A stretch of 64,000 nt of DNA from the NCBI GenBank assembly GCA_965235115.1, contig OZ249445.1, positions 14,508,001 to 14,572,000 of the forward strand, written 5' to 3'. Position numbers and translations under genes: made by a program. Under the pieces are notes generated by a model that was not told the origin of the DNA, searched no databases, and worked only from the letters and a program-made list of their open reading frames with translations. Of this stretch, positions 48,263 to 62,609 are shown piece after piece; position 1 is the stretch's first letter, and every line of letters begins with the position of its first letter. Origin of the DNA: Laetmonice hystrix (Eukaryota).

Positions 48263-51146
48263 GACATCAAGCTTAAGGGGACCGAATACCAATGAAAACT
48301 GAGGCTTTGCGTATCTGTCTGCGCGAGTTGATGACCTAGTGTCACTTTTCCCAAATAAATTAGCAGTGCTGCCATCACACAGAGGAAATTGAATCACACA
48401 TTTTGCAGCACCCCAGAGATACTAAAATAAAAACGTTTTCTAATTTATTAGACATATCAGATTTAATGTCAACATGAGAAGATAGCAAATCATGCCATAT
48501 TTTGCTGGTACCGGGTGAACAGGAGTGTTTATAGTTGGGTTCTATATTTTACGATATGCAATCAATGGTGCATGCATCCCAGCGCCCTCGTACTAGTTAG
48601 CTCCGGACCAGATAACATACGATATATATATCAATATGAAAAATAACAATGGCGGGTCCAGCCCCCCTAAATTCTGGACGATGTTATTTGTATCATCCAA
48701 TTAAGATTATTTATATATTTTGGGCCTAGGCCTAATATGTTGCCCGATGGTTAGCGCCCCCCCCCCCCCCCCGCCCTAACAAAAATTCTTGGATCTGCCT
48801 ATGAAAAAGGGTACTTTTCGTACAGAAGGAGAGACTGTATGATGAGAAGCAGTCAGCGAGGCGGTCAGAAAACGGTGGGAGAGAAGGAGACAAGGCAGTT
48901 CTGCAGAGTCAGAGAGGTGAGCGAACGGATGGGAGATCATACATAATGGCGCCTCGAGTCCACACCAACAGAGTACATGGCCGGCTGAGCCAGACCTCAA
49001 CCACATCGTGGGTGAAGAAATCATTCCTGATGTCACCGAGCAAATCACCAATGGATCTCATGACTTATGAAATGATGAAAAACTGCTCGAGGAGTTGATG
49101 AGCTTGAGGTGCTCTCGTGAGAACCCTAAGCCTGTGAGGAGTGCACCCTCTGGTATCACTGCTGGGGGCAACGATGAACATCTTTCGGATTGGCGGATTT
49201 TTTAGAGGCTAAAATTCGTGTTAAAATCCCACTTCAATACCACCATATACCATACACCAAATTTGTGTCAGATTCATTAAGTTTCCTTGATGCCTTGGAA
49301 CTACGCAGCAGGGTGGTAGAACATGGAGTGGTGATGTGGTTGAGCCTCGTCACAGGCGTTTTAAGCCTGTAGCTTTGGGCCTGACTTACATCCGCCGGTA
49401 TTTCTTAACCGGAAATGACCTCGGACGTTCTGATTGGCAAGAACACACACTATAACCCTATCCTTAACCTTAATCCACAGGCACGGCAGAGGCCGAGATC
49501 CAGCGCCAGCGGGCCGAGCAGGTCAGTGTTCGGATGCCAACCTAAGCGAAGCGACGATGCTGAAATCAGGGGAGCTAAAATTTGGAATTTCGCGTGTTAA
49601 ACCATTAAATCCGTCAGTGCTACAAACTTCTACCAAAGTAGGCCTAGGGTGATGACGTTTAGTGGTGGTGGTGCGTCTATGACGAGAATGCTAAGTCTTA
49701 TTAATATTCATAAGGTTGACCTCAAAGTAAACCTCCGGCAGTTTAGCCTGGGCTGGGCTCAAGGGTTAGAATGCAGGATGCGCGATGCCCCTTGACAAGT
49801 CAAGATGGACAAGTCAAGATGGGTGGTCACGAGCCAGAGGCTCAGAATGCCGAAACAGTTTAGATTAGTGTCATTTCCGAGGAACCAATCAGACATCACC
49901 TTATAAGTGGGAATGGCATTCTACCTCGGTTCAGACACAGTTCCTGCAAGTTCTAATAAAACAACTCTGAAGACATATCCAAAGGTGATCATTTCTACAA
50001 CCGAAAACTGCAATTCATTCAACTGACCAGAGGCTAGTCCTGATTAGAACTATTTCGCAGCAAGGGGCTGGCCATAGTGTGGCGGCAGGGCCCGTTTTAC
50101 TAACTATGAGCCTATAATAACGACATCGTTAATTTGACATAGAAGTGAATGGGCTGCTGGGAGAGCCTGGTTGACCAGTCTTGATCATCATAGTCCAATG
50201 ATGGAGACGGAAGTAGGTCAATGGAGGCCAGTTCTGACTGGACTACATCAATCCCTAAACAGTGATAATTTTGCAAATAATATTCTAGTCTCATTGCAAG
50301 GATGCACAAAATAAGGAAACTCAACAGTCTTGTTGGTCACCTGACCCAAGTTTCCTTGGTGTGTGTCTGCCTTGGGTAGACAACAGTCAAAATTATGATA
50401 TACCGGGTACGCTGGAGTAAAATATTGGATCCAAGCGGCCAATCTTTAGTCAAAACAGTGTCTCTTCTTGTCCACAAATTATGGTATACATGTATTGCTC
50501 AAAATAAAAGTCCCAATCTTTCCCTTTTGTACTATAAATAATTACCTGTCCAGGAACACTTGTATTTCCTAGTGAATCCGGTGTTGTTTTTAGAAGCAGA
50601 CTCTGGGGAGGTGGTCCTGTCATCTAGATGTGGCCTCAGTAGTAAAGCTCCACCTCATGACTTGGTCAACATAACGCAGGTCATCAAATGACTCTTCAAT
50701 CCTTGGTGTCATCATCCCAGACTCTGATAAAATAAAATAACAAATAGGTAAGTCAGTTGGGAATTTTGGTTATAATTTTCTGTTACAATTCTCTATGAGA
50801 ATACTCTATCTTACATCTCTATGAGAATACTCTATCTTACATCTCTATGACAATACTCTATCTTACATTTTTATTTCCTGGTTCCTACTTTTTCTCCCAA
50901 TTCTATCTATTTATTTTCCATGAACAATAAGATGCAGAAGAGTACCTCGATTTCCTAGAAATCCCTATCTTTATATTACGACTACCTCTCACAACGTTAC
51001 AAATAAAGCTATCACAGTAGCAGTACATCACCACAGTTGGTGCCGAAACAACTGATTGGAGGATCAAGTACTAACATTTAAAACTGATATCTATACAAAT
51101 GTACTCAAAGAAAAAAGTCAGATTTCACTGATCCATGCCTCCTTAA

Positions 51147-51471
51147 AGTGGCACAATAATAATCGCACTTTCAAATGGCTTTTGAAGTTTTTGTCATGCA
51201 TTCTACAGTTGCAGAACTTAAATTTGGGTGAAAACCATTGTCTTGACCGAGAAATGGCGTAAATTTCAAAGGGATCACTATGGCCATGCCGCCCTCTACA
51301 ATGCTTAACAACCAAAATTTGGTACCGATATTCACTGCACGGGGGCTGCCTGTGGGTTGATTACTTGTAAGCCAATCAATGCCATTTTCAGGGTATGAAT
51401 ACTTATTTCAGACCTCTGTATGCTATCATTTTTACAGAAAAACGCAAAGTCAGTACAAAAATTGTGCCCCT
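51147..51471. mobile_element. Kolobok-like MITE (TTAA TSD)
   Basis: TTAA|agtggcacaa ... ttgtgcccct|TTAA. Confidence 0.65.
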
Positions 51472-54423
51472 TTAATCTATCTTCTTCTACATCAAAATGC
51501 TACTTCTCGGGGATGAAATAAAATTTTCTTAAGTTAATTCCCAATGCCATAGGGAGCATAAGTCTTGTGACCTAGTTATTATAATCATGTTTGTGAATGA
51601 GCATCGCTGGCAACATGCAGCCTTGTTACGTCACAATAAATTTAACATCGGGTGAATGTACACCTCTCCAAATAGTGTCCTGTTTTTTGATAATTAAATA
51701 TTTTTTATATGAAATTATGTTTTTTAAAACATAGATGTTGGTTCTGATGTATAATAAGTTTGATTGAATAAGAAAACAATTAATGTTAACTTATCATGGG
51801 TTGAGAGAGAAAATTTTTCAATGGGTCTACTAAATTTTAAACCGGAATTCGGATTTCAAAGTTGCCTCCAAACCACATTTCTCGACGAATTGCACATTGT
51901 AACATGACATATAATTTACACTCCCTAAGGGGACCCTACTTTAATGCATACACCCCCGCTTTTGAACTTATTTATTTCCTCTTCCCTAATGTGAATACGC
52001 AGCAATAAGAGAAGCACAATCCATCCCAACACACTGACCTTTATCAGAAGTTCTCTGGTATCTTTCCGACTGATTGTTTGTAAATGTATACATGGCCGCT
52101 ATTCATCAGCACAGCCGCTTTGTTGAATCCACAAGGCTCAAAATAAGCAGTACATCACACTTTGCAATCCATAATGCACGTTTTGCGATACATGAACTAA
52201 TGCACTTCAAAATTGAGAATAACTGGTCACAGTGGTCTGTGAACAGTCCTCCATAGCTGGCTGATGGCCAGAGGCAGCGCCATGTCCCATGTGGAAGTAC
52301 CCGGTATGCGGGTACAACACCAGACCCAACTACTAATCAACACCATGGAGAAAATGTGTTGATGGGCACCGTCCCAAACTCGTAAACGGGATTGCATTGC
52401 ACAAGCATCTGTAGTTAATCTGGTGTTTAAAGACGGAAAAGAAAACAGTCTGTGAAGGCAGAAAAGGGCTCAGGTCTTTGTGAAGTGTAGCACGTCCCTT
52501 GAGATTCTATTGATATTCTGACAGTTCGCCAGGAAACTCCCATTCCTACCTGTAAATATTCAACGTGTTGCTATAAAAACCACACGTGAACACTGCAACA
52601 AAGGATATAATTTCTCGGCGAAATTTCGAATAAAAATGTTCGATAATTTTTAGAGAAGTAGTCAAAGAAATTTCATATTCGCCAAAGAAATCTCAAATTT
52701 GGCAAAAATCAATATTCGAGGGTTCACTGGAAACCGGAAGATATGCAAAGTGCATGCGATGGTAATTTGAGACCAACCATGTAGCTTAAGGTTCCTACCT
52801 GCAACCAATCCCGAAATACTATACAACAGGGTTTGATTCTTTGAGTACGGTAACCTTTGAAACATTAAACTCTGTGCTAAGCGTAATCTCTACCTACCAC
52901 CATCATTTTGTGTGAGAAGTTGGACCTTTCTGACGATACCATTTTTTTTTGAAGCATAGATGTTTGATTTGTACTAACAAAAGTAGATTCAAAATAAAAT
53001 ATCAGTATAAAAGAATCAATATGAAAAACATTTAGCTCCATACACTGCATCAGTGACAGTGGTGCGTAAGTGAGCATAAATCTAAAGAGTCAGAGTTGGA
53101 CAAATCCACTAGCCTGAGGTCCGGGAGCTGCCTATTATTGCTTCGGACTTTTGACAATAAAACGGTAGTCCGACGGACTCTTGCCCAGTCTTGGTCAAAC
53201 TTAAACCTGTACTGTCAGGGCCTGGTGCCAGGCATGTAGCAGGTCACAAACCTCCATCCTCCAAGGATGCTGGAGGTCTTTGGCCTCTTATGGCAATGAC
53301 AGATGACATTAACATTTCCATAAACACTCCATGAAATTGCAAGTTTTGGACCAGTGGATCCAAGAGCAGGACCAGCAAATATTCTGAGTTACTGGTCCTG
53401 GTTCAGTGACTTAAAAAAAGTGTCCGACCCTGAGATTATGGTCAATTCGGGGGATGACAATATAATCTTTACGTTTTTTTCATGATGCTTACATCAGAAG
53501 GTGCCTTAAGGCAATGTCACTCGGGACAGTATTTCTTTCCGATGCTCCGACCACACGACCTTCCGATGTTCGGAAGTAAATCATGGATCAGGTCTGAGCG
53601 TTCTCATCGGTACTCTGGCGTGATCACACAAAACGACCTACGCTTTCCGATTACCACAGGCCTGATTTTAAGACCCGAACGATCGTTTCGTTCGCGTGTC
53701 GTTCACCTAAAATTGAAAGGCCGAGAACGAAAATCCGTTCACCTGCAAATTTTGCAAGCCTGAGACTAACAGGCAAACGGTCGTTTCGTTCGCCTGTCGG
53801 TTACCTAAAATAAAAAACAGGCGAACGAAAAATGGGTTACCACTGTCTTTTCCCTATTCATCTATTCCCGTCTTCTGACATTTTGTATATGAACAGGTCC
53901 AGACCTTAGGTTTTGACAGGTGCGATCGCTCTCGCGCACCATGCGCCCCTAAACAGCTTAGGAGAGGAGCGAAAATATGCACCGTACTTGCTATTGAATA
54001 GCGCACCTCTGCAAACATGCTGGAGAGTTTCTAGATCACCGGTGGTTCGGCCCCACCATGATAATGTCGACATCGATCAATCCAGCGTGTATTTTCGATT
54101 GCCGCCATGTTGTACTTGTCCCGAATACAATATACTACAACTTATTTGATTGGCTTCCCACTTTGAGAACCGTGTTACCATTGGTCCGACCAATCTGCGT
54201 CATCACACCCAGTCAAGTGATACATTGTCAACGACGCGCTATTCGAAACACGTGTTGAGACCACAGACATCGTAATATGAAAAATCCTCGGTTGAAGGGA
54301 GCTTCCAGATCACTCTCCTAGAGCAGCTGAGGGGAGCTATTAATCACTCCCCCGCCTTTTTCAAATCCTAAGGTCTGCAGTCACATGATATTTCTGACAT
54401 TTTTATTGCCTGTCAATTGTGAG

Positions 54424-55386
54424 TGCCCAATCACGACTCTGGTCATCGTCTGATGTGACGCTCACACGGTACGACATCAGGCCTCGAATTACACGACGGC
54501 AATTGCTGTCATGCCCTCTCCATTTGCCCTGGTGCCCCCCCCCCCCCTTTTTTGCCTCATCGACGGCAGTCCAGTACCGTGATGCCCTTTTTACTTGTTG
54601 CCATGTGCCCTTCAGCTGTAATGACCAGATGACACCCCACTGTCTAACAGTCTTAATAACCCGACTTTCTAAAACCGTAACAAAGTTTAGATATTCTATA
54701 TACTCAACCTCAATAAATTCCTCTAGATATTAGGCTGATTATTCAGTCTAATAAAGGTGCCAGGTTGTAGTGTCGGCTGATACTCTAGGTGGCACCACTA
54801 GGCTGCTTATGCAGTCTTTATAGAGGTGCTAAGATAGTACTCTAAATGGCGCCACTAGGCCGATTATTAAGTTAGCCATTACTTTGGGGGTATTATTTAT
54901 GCAACGAGAAGTACTAAGCATTCTATATGATCCCTACTAGGAAAGATAGGCTCAGAATCTGTCCATTCACGAAATAAAATGTTGATTTGTGTAACCGTAC
55001 TTTATGTGTTTGTGTTTACTCTTCATCACGGATCACCCATAACTGACCTGGGAGCCCAGTAATGTCCTAAGCATACCCCAGGATGCCCAATCACGACTCT
55101 GGTCATCGTCTGATGTGACGCTCACACGGTACGACATCAGGCCTCGAATTACACGACGGCAATTGCTGTCATGCCCTCTCCATTTGCCCTGGTGCCCCCC
55201 CCTTTTTTGCCTCATCGACGGCAGTCCAGTACCGTGATGCCCTTTTTACTTGTTGCCATGTGCCCTTCAGCTGTAATGACCAGATGACACCCCACTGTCT
55301 AACAGTCTTAATAACCCGACTTTCTAAAACCGTAACAAAGTTTAGATATTCTATATACTCAACCTCAATAAATTCCTCTAGATATT
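54424..55386. repeat. Near-identical ~305-bp direct repeat pair (54424-54731 and 55084-55386)
   Basis: By eye the copies differ mainly in poly-C and poly-T run lengths; explains the duplicated ORFs 54419..54733 and 55260..55571. Confidence 0.9.
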
Positions 55387-58300
55387 CTTCAGAAACACTT
55401 TCAAAGACATTGCCATTCGTATTTTCAGATCTTATTCAAATTGTGAATGCCTTGGTGCCCCTCCTTGGAGAAGTAAATTTGCTGTGGTGCCCTTCCAAAC
55501 TTGTTGAAAATGCTGTGGTGCCCTCCTTTTTACAAGGCCCTCCACAGCAATTTTTGCCATGCTCCTTTTAACTTCTAATGCTCACACTACCCTACAACCA
55601 ATTGATTTACCTCCGATTGCCTGATGATGATCAATGAAAAGACTTTCCTCGGAGTCACCGACCCTATTGCTGAAACCATCGGATCGTAAAAATCATATGC
55701 TGCATGACCTTGTGCGCACACGACCTGATATTTGGTCCGATATGTCCCCGATATCGGGTGGTCAGAGGATCGGAACGGAATATCGTGCCATGTGACACCT
55801 GAGAACGATAAAAAAAAGTGATGGTGCCTGCTTAGTCTAATCTCCCGCTACTCAAAAGCAACTTGAAAGCACAGTCACTTGCAGTGCTCTTTTCCCCTCT
55901 TCTGGGATCATGATGTGAGGCCGGCCTTTTAGTTTTAGCTTTACTTGCCGCAAAACACTCTCTGACTCTGGGACTCTCTGTCAAATTGGAACTTTGGTGG
56001 GCGCGCTAAACCCGCCCCTCCGGCTCCGTCCCGTCCCGCACACATGGACTGACCACGGTCGTGATTACGTAACACCCAGACTCAAGTCAAGAAAACCACA
56101 ACTCGTGGCAGGTCTTACCGTGGTTTCCCAGTCCAAAAGGTCGGTAACATGTTGCCCACGACAACCTGAGAACGAATCTTGCGACCAGGCAATCTAGGTG
56201 ACACAACCGACAGGATGGGCGAAGGTGTCTTCATCTCCAATGTCGCGTTTTCTCCCAGAAATATTCACAACTTTTTCGTCCACTCCCTTCGTTTCAGCCA
56301 TAATGGCGCCTCGTGTTCGTAAGGAAGTACCCGGATATTCCCCCTAGCGAGAAGGTCGAGAGTTAGTTCGACCCCGCCACCTTGCGGTAAATATGCCAAA
56401 CGCTAAACAAAAGAACGTTCGTTGTTGGCGTTACCCGGTGAGGATTCCTAAACGAAAGGTCTTGGTTCCGTGGAGAAACACACGTCGGGTACTCTCTCAT
56501 GTTATCCCAAAGGACTTTAAATAGCACCCCCTTTATAAACAGGCGATGAATTTCTTTTGATGGCCTCAGTAGTTCCAGTAAAAAGCTAGATACCAACATG
56601 ATGGTGTCTCTGGGCCTGGGGTTCAAAGGTTAGTATAGATCTGAGGAATTTTTGGTGTAACTTTAAATCCTCATACTACATGTCATTTTCATGTCTTGTT
56701 CTCTACAATGATTGACATGATCACATTTCAAAGATCACATAGGAACCACAAATCATGCAATAGGTAGGCCTCATACAAGGCAATAACAACGAGAACGAGG
56801 GACTGAAGGTTTCAATGACTGAATCATATATTTCATAGTAATCATGTTGTAATCACTATAAATAGCCTAGCTGTGAGGCCTGCCTTTGGGCCTACTTTTG
56901 TAGTTGCAACGTCAGATGTAGGATTTACCATATGAAATCTCCGCTAACCTCAATAAAAAAAGTTCATCAAACCTCAAACGAAAGGATACTCGACGGATGT
57001 CACTGGCAGCCAGCCGATGCAATATTTAATCTGGAATGCCAAAATCTCTTAGAAAAGTTAGCTGACATGATTTCGACAGGAATAACACATATACCAACAT
57101 GCGAAACGTATGGTTTTCACATACTGTGTCGAGAAGAGATTTTTCACATTCGGTTTATACATTTTTCACACTTGTAGTAAGATAATTGTAACACACGGTT
57201 AAACATTTTAAACTTATGCTGAATGTTGCACATTATATTTTAATTTTTTTACATAAATTTTTGCATATGAGGCAACCTTTATAATATTTTGATGGGATGA
57301 AAACAATAGACATATGGTAGGGAGCGATCATGGTAAATCAATACAGATTTTAATGCTTGCTTTAATATACTCGCACTAATATATTCGATTAAAAAAGACT
57401 GGTAAAACTTATCAACATTCATATATAAGTATCAGTCTATGTACGCATCCTATTATAGATTTTGATTTTCCTGAGGACTGTGCCCTATCTTGCCATATAT
57501 AACGTCCACAATTATTCATTATTCATAAATCACAGTATGCAATTATCTGATGGTGATCCCTCACCAAGAAGTGAGATAAGCCATTGCACAGCCATATAAT
57601 CATACTGTAATCCGGAGATCCCTTCAGAAGCAGGCTTGTAAATATTGAACTGCAAGAAACCACTCAAAACAGGCATAGTAGTCAATATGTGTCTGTCAGA
57701 ATTACATGCGCAATATTTGATGTCTTCTATTACGGGTACTATTATAGTGCGTAGTATTAACATCACCCTTTCTCCCCTTTCTCAGAAATAGCATCTTCCC
57801 TAATCATACCTGATAATGAATGACACCTACAATTCATTAGAAATCTCTAATTTCATGATACACATGTACACAGTTATGATTACAAAGAGATAATACACAT
57901 TGCACTTGTTTGATTGTTATTCACGAACATCAAAGTAACTGCAGTGAGCCAGACGTTTTACCCTAAGCATAACTAAGCCTCAATCGTTGAACCGTGACTC
58001 ACTACTCAGCCCTTTCATAGACATACAATGTAGTCACAATGCAATCACAATTTCTCCCGGAGAACACGTTTATCGAGTATATTTTAATGTACACATTTAA
58101 TAAAGAGGTATTCATCATTTTTATATAAAAGCGAAAGCTATTCCCGACACATCCCGGTAGATGAAGACATCTAATAAATTAAAACATTAAAATGTCATAT
58201 GAAATTACAAGTTCATACTGCATACATGATCTGTACGTCACGTTTAACCGAACCATAGATACGACTGACAAGTTGATTATAAATGACATGAAGACACTGA

Positions 58301-59953
58301 TTATCTTCCTTCAATGTAGATAACAATGTAGTCACCAGGTGGCGCACCCGTCCGACATTTTGCAAGCCCTATTTGGCAACAATTGGAAGACGTCCCACAC
58401 GATGATGGGAGGGATTTCATTACCCTCGATTTCTTTGGATCTAAATACAATTAGTCACCTCACTCAAACAAACATTTCACACATACGTTTCTACATACAA
58501 AGTAAAGAAAGAAAAATCGTTGTAAATCTTGGGCAAAAAAAACCCCTTTGGGTCACTGCTGAAATGTTAATATTTTAAAGATATAAAATAATCAAGACTG
58601 CCGATAACTATATTTAATGTGCGTTATTCTATTTCACCTCTTACAAATTTTATGACCCATAAATCCAGGGAAAACCGTCTATCTGCCTGTCGGCTGAGAG
58701 ATCTAAATACCCTTTGGATTGATTTATGGGATTTTCTATTATCTAAAGCCTTGAATAAACTCCCCTCGCCTCTCACTAGGAACAGCTCCACCTTTTGTGG
58801 ACCGTTGACATTTATTCCAGTATAATTGGGAAAAAGATGTCTGGACTAGTAGATTGTAAAAGATATGAGCAGTCTATTTAAATCTGTGGACACAAGTCTG
58901 AATGTCTTGTGTCCACATTCACCCGCGACAGAAACAGTGGCGTAACGGTAAGACACTTCATCATTCGCTAATTCATCAAATTACATAACTCAGGGTAGCC
59001 CGTCCTCCGCTGATATTCACCAGTTAAAGCCAAACCTAGTACGACGTTATGACGTCCATATACACGTACACTAACCAGTATAGATATTTTTCACATTTTC
59101 CAATGCACGCGTAGTTGTGACATCATGATAGAACATTAGGATTTCACACACTGCCAGGCCTCGGTACTCAATACCGAGTAACCGGGCTATATGGTAAACC
59201 CGACTGATGCCCTGTTATACATCCACTAATTAAACAACTATCTCGCACTTTAGTACCAGGTACACACAGTTTATAGCATGATAGAAAATGTACGCTTTTA
59301 AGTAATTCACATACACAATAAAAAATATTTAACATTCTGATTACAAAAAAAAATATTAATATATAATTCAAGCGATTTTATCTTAAGAATGAAATGAGGG
59401 CACAGGATTAACTTGGTGCTTTGGTAAAAAAACACTGAACCACTATGACTGAGGACTTGAACATTTCCTGATTACACTTACATCTACTATGAACAAATCG
59501 ACCCTGCCATGGATGTATTCAACATGTTTGATAATTAATGGCACTTTCGATCAATTTCATTCGTAGCTGACATGATGACCCAACAATGGTAGTATATGTT
59601 GAAGAGTGTGATTCTGGTCACACAGTCAAGGTCCTGGCACAGTGGTACAGGAGGAAGCTGGATTCCTCAGATCGTACACTGATGACGGTCAATCAGCCAC
59701 ATCTTGACTCTCACCCAAAACTTTGCACCCTGCAATACAGACTCAAAATCATACTCAGCCCTCTACAAAGAAAAGCAAACGGAAAAATATATATGTTTTG
59801 AATCCTCCCCTCAAAAAAATACATATTTACACTGCCCTATGGAAATTCTGTCCCCAAACCTCCCGAGAGAGTCATTCACTTACACACACGTTTCCATATT
59901 CATTAAATATCAACATAATTATTGTTAACCTACTGTCATTCCAGCTGCTCCCC

Positions 59954-60042
59954 CTATGAAGGGATGATGACAACGTGTACCAGTAAGGCTGCCCCAAATA
60001 TAGGCTCGCCCTGCCTGCTTCTCAAATGGATGGTCCGATATC
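59954..60042 (-). CDS. PLCD: Phospholipase C delta, last coding exon (end of C2 domain)
   Basis: (G)YRTIHLRSRQGEPIFGAALLVHVVIIPS*, 89 nt. The protein ends right after C2, the delta-class architecture. Confidence 0.9.
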
Positions 60043-60310
60043 CTGACAAATACATTCATTCATCTATACTACGGTAGTTATATTTACTAGTAGACTGCAA
60101 TGTTTACCTATTTTATGGCAGATCCATTAATTTAGTACGTTAAATCTAAATTGAAGAAATCATAAATTTGCGCAAGGTTATAGTACCCATGTATGTAGTC
60201 TGTTAAAGGTATAAACTTAGAAACTGTCCTCTTTCCTTCCCACAAATTACTCCATTATCGCTACAGACAAATGATATGGTGAAAACAATTAGACAAACAA
60301 GAAAGCGAAC

Positions 60311-60460
60311 CTTGTTGTAGACTAGTGAAGGGAAGGCAGTACTGAGCGACAAGTTCATTCCGACTGAACGACTCCTGGTCCTTGACCTGGAACCACACCA
60401 GTGCCAACTCGGGTACCTGTACGTCAAACTCCAGTGGTGTGTCCCAAACTGGATGAAAAC
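60311..60460 (-). CDS. PLCD: PLC delta exon (C2 domain)
   Basis: (G)FHPVWDTPLEFDVQVPELALVWFQVKDQESFSRNELVAQYCLPFTSLQQ, 150 nt, AG/GT flanks, phases consistent. Confidence 0.95.
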
Positions 60461-60780
60461 CTGCCACCAAACAAACATCATCTGCACTTTACCTGGCCCG
60501 TACATTTGCTTTATTTTGATTACTTTAGAGAAAAAAGATACGTTTCTCTAAAAAATAAATTTAGAAACTACCACATCAAAGGAATTCATAAATTCTATTA
60601 AGAACAACCAAATTTAACGTGAAAAAATAGACGTTTACCAGCATGACTGAGGCAAAAAAGTACCAGTAGTTACCATGCCATCACATAATAACGGAGAGCT
60701 GAAAACTTAGAGCATAAAGTACAGCAGATGACTTTGACGGTCTTAAGGACACAAAAGAACGACAAATAAATATATCTGAC

Positions 60781-60916
60781 CATTGTTTTGGACATGGTCG
60801 GTGTTCCTACTCTGGTTGTCCGCTGGAACTCCATGGATGCTGACCTTGACATAGGGGTCAAGGATGTTCTTGGCTTTGTCCCCCTTCTTCTTTGGTAGCT
60901 GGTAACCACTGACCAC
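60781..60916 (-). CDS. PLCD: PLC delta exon (C2 domain)
   Basis: VVSGYQLPKKKGDKAKNILDPYVKVSIHGVPADNQSRNTDHVQNN, 136 nt. Confidence 0.95.
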
Positions 60917-61041
60917 CTGAAACCACATGAACCCATCTCTCAGCCACTTTGATATCAGAAAGTAAGTTACCGTAATTCTGACACGACTCCTGTTTTAAGA
61001 TACACACAGAGGAAGAATGAAGGCGGTTGACAAATCCTTAC

Positions 61042-61106
61042 CGTAAGCTTGAGATTACATCGCCACTCCTCTGGGAATGGACCTCTGGGATCAAACTTGG
61101 TGCCCT
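61042..61106 (-). CDS. PLCD: PLC delta exon (Y-C2 linker)
   Basis: (E)GTKFDPRGPFPEEWRCNLKLT, 65 nt, donor GTAAGG. Confidence 0.9.
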
Positions 61107-61285
61107 CTGTTGGGAGAAATAGAAAGTAACTTGGCGTATCAAGGCATTATTTTCGTTCCCGGTAACTTATACTTTTCAGTTATCTAATACTGCCCCTTGC
61201 TTACATTGCCCATGCAATATGTGAAGACACTAGATGGACGGAGAATAATGTAACCTTAGCCTTGGTATGAACAACGCGTACATAC

Positions 61286-61393
61286 CATCCCGCAGAAAGT
61301 GAGGCTTCAGTACATAGCCACATCCACCATTGTCCCGGAATAACCCTTTGTTTAGCATCATTGACTCATCCGGCGTTTGGTAGTTAAGTGCCA
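61286..61393 (-). CDS. PLCD: PLC delta exon (Y domain end)
   Basis: (V)[35 protein letters not shown], 108 nt. Confidence 0.97.
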
Positions 61394-61588
61394 CTGGAAA
61401 CATCAACATTCGGCTGGATTGACAACAATCTTCAATTGATTTATTATTCTCATATGTCATGATCGCTTTGGACTTTTACGGAAGGAAGCCGATGCATGGA
61501 TAACAAGTGTGGATTAGCGAAGTATTTTCCTGAAGGACAATCCTAGATTCTAGACCACACCTACATAACGTTGTCTGTTTGCACCCAC

Positions 61589-61768
61589 CTATCTGACAGC
61601 CAGAGTTCCACATGGGAATGGGGTCGTAGTTACTGGAGTCAGTCCGTAGACCTCCGGGGTAGATTCGGCTGAGCTGGAACTGGTTGTGATGGACGTAATT
61701 GTGGGGACTCTCCTCGCACAGACCCTCAGCCTTCCCTTCCGAGAACGACGACATCTGCTTACAGTTGT
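61589..61768 (-). CDS. PLCD: PLC delta exon (Y domain)
   Basis: (Y)[59 protein letters not shown], 180 nt. Confidence 0.97.
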   Translation of the reverse strand, partial: TTVSRCRRSRKGRLRVCARRVPTITSITTSSSSAESTPEVYGLTPVTTTPFPCGTLAVR

Positions 61769-62404
61769 CTGCATCACGCAAACATTCTCCCAACATCAAC
61801 CACTACCAACCAGTACATCTGATGAGGACATAATCGTTTAAAATAAAAGACATTTGTTGAACTCAATTCGTTAAAAGCTGCCAGCAGACTCACTGGGCAT
61901 TTATCATGAAATAGTCACGCCGAACTTAGAACACTGTCACCTTGGTGATGAAGTTTCGGCTAGTGCGACACTGGCCGAAAATACAGAACCATTCTGGCTA
62001 GAGCCATTCCAACAAATCCCCGGGGTCCGAATAGTGTCACAGACACCTTGACTTACACCTGCTACACAATGAGAAATCAGGCGGTTCCGACCCAGTTACA
62101 TCTTCTACTTGGGTGTTTGGTCAGTCCCTGCCAGCCAATCAGAGACCAATGACAGTGTAAAGTGCTGAACCCAAGGCGATTCCCCTTGCGGCGCCCATGC
62201 GATTTTGACATCACCCTTTTATTTTACTGTAATTTTGAGATTAAAGGATGGAACCCATTTCCTGAAACATAGAAGGCCAGCCAGGAAAAATTTCAGAGTA
62301 AAAGTCCACCATTAAATCAAAAATCGCATGGCCGTCGCAAGGGGAATCGCCTTGGTGGGTTCAGCACTTAAGTTTGACAGAGAATGCAGTGTCCTATTAC
62401 TCAC

Positions 62405-62609
62405 AGTTGTCTGTCGCATACTGGAAACCTCGGAACGACACACTCTGACATATGGCGACAAGATCAGAGAGTTCACGTGCCAGTTTCAGTTTGTGCGATT
62501 TTTTCTTCCTTTTCACGTCCTCTGCTACTCCTGCGTCCTCCATCTCAGCAGCTTCATCTTCATCTGATACTTCTGCCTCATCATCCTCTGCAGAAGGCAA
62601 CTTCTTTCC
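62405..62609 (-). CDS. PLCD: PLC delta exon (X-Y linker and start of Y domain); upstream exons lie beyond the window
   Basis: [68 protein letters not shown], 205 nt; [12 protein letters not shown] is characteristic of PLC delta 1. Confidence 0.95.

Noticed and set aside
42079-51475. One 9.4-kb Kolobok element from matching TTAA-aggggca ends
   Set aside because: Each end has a nearer partner (42613 and 51147), giving two small elements.
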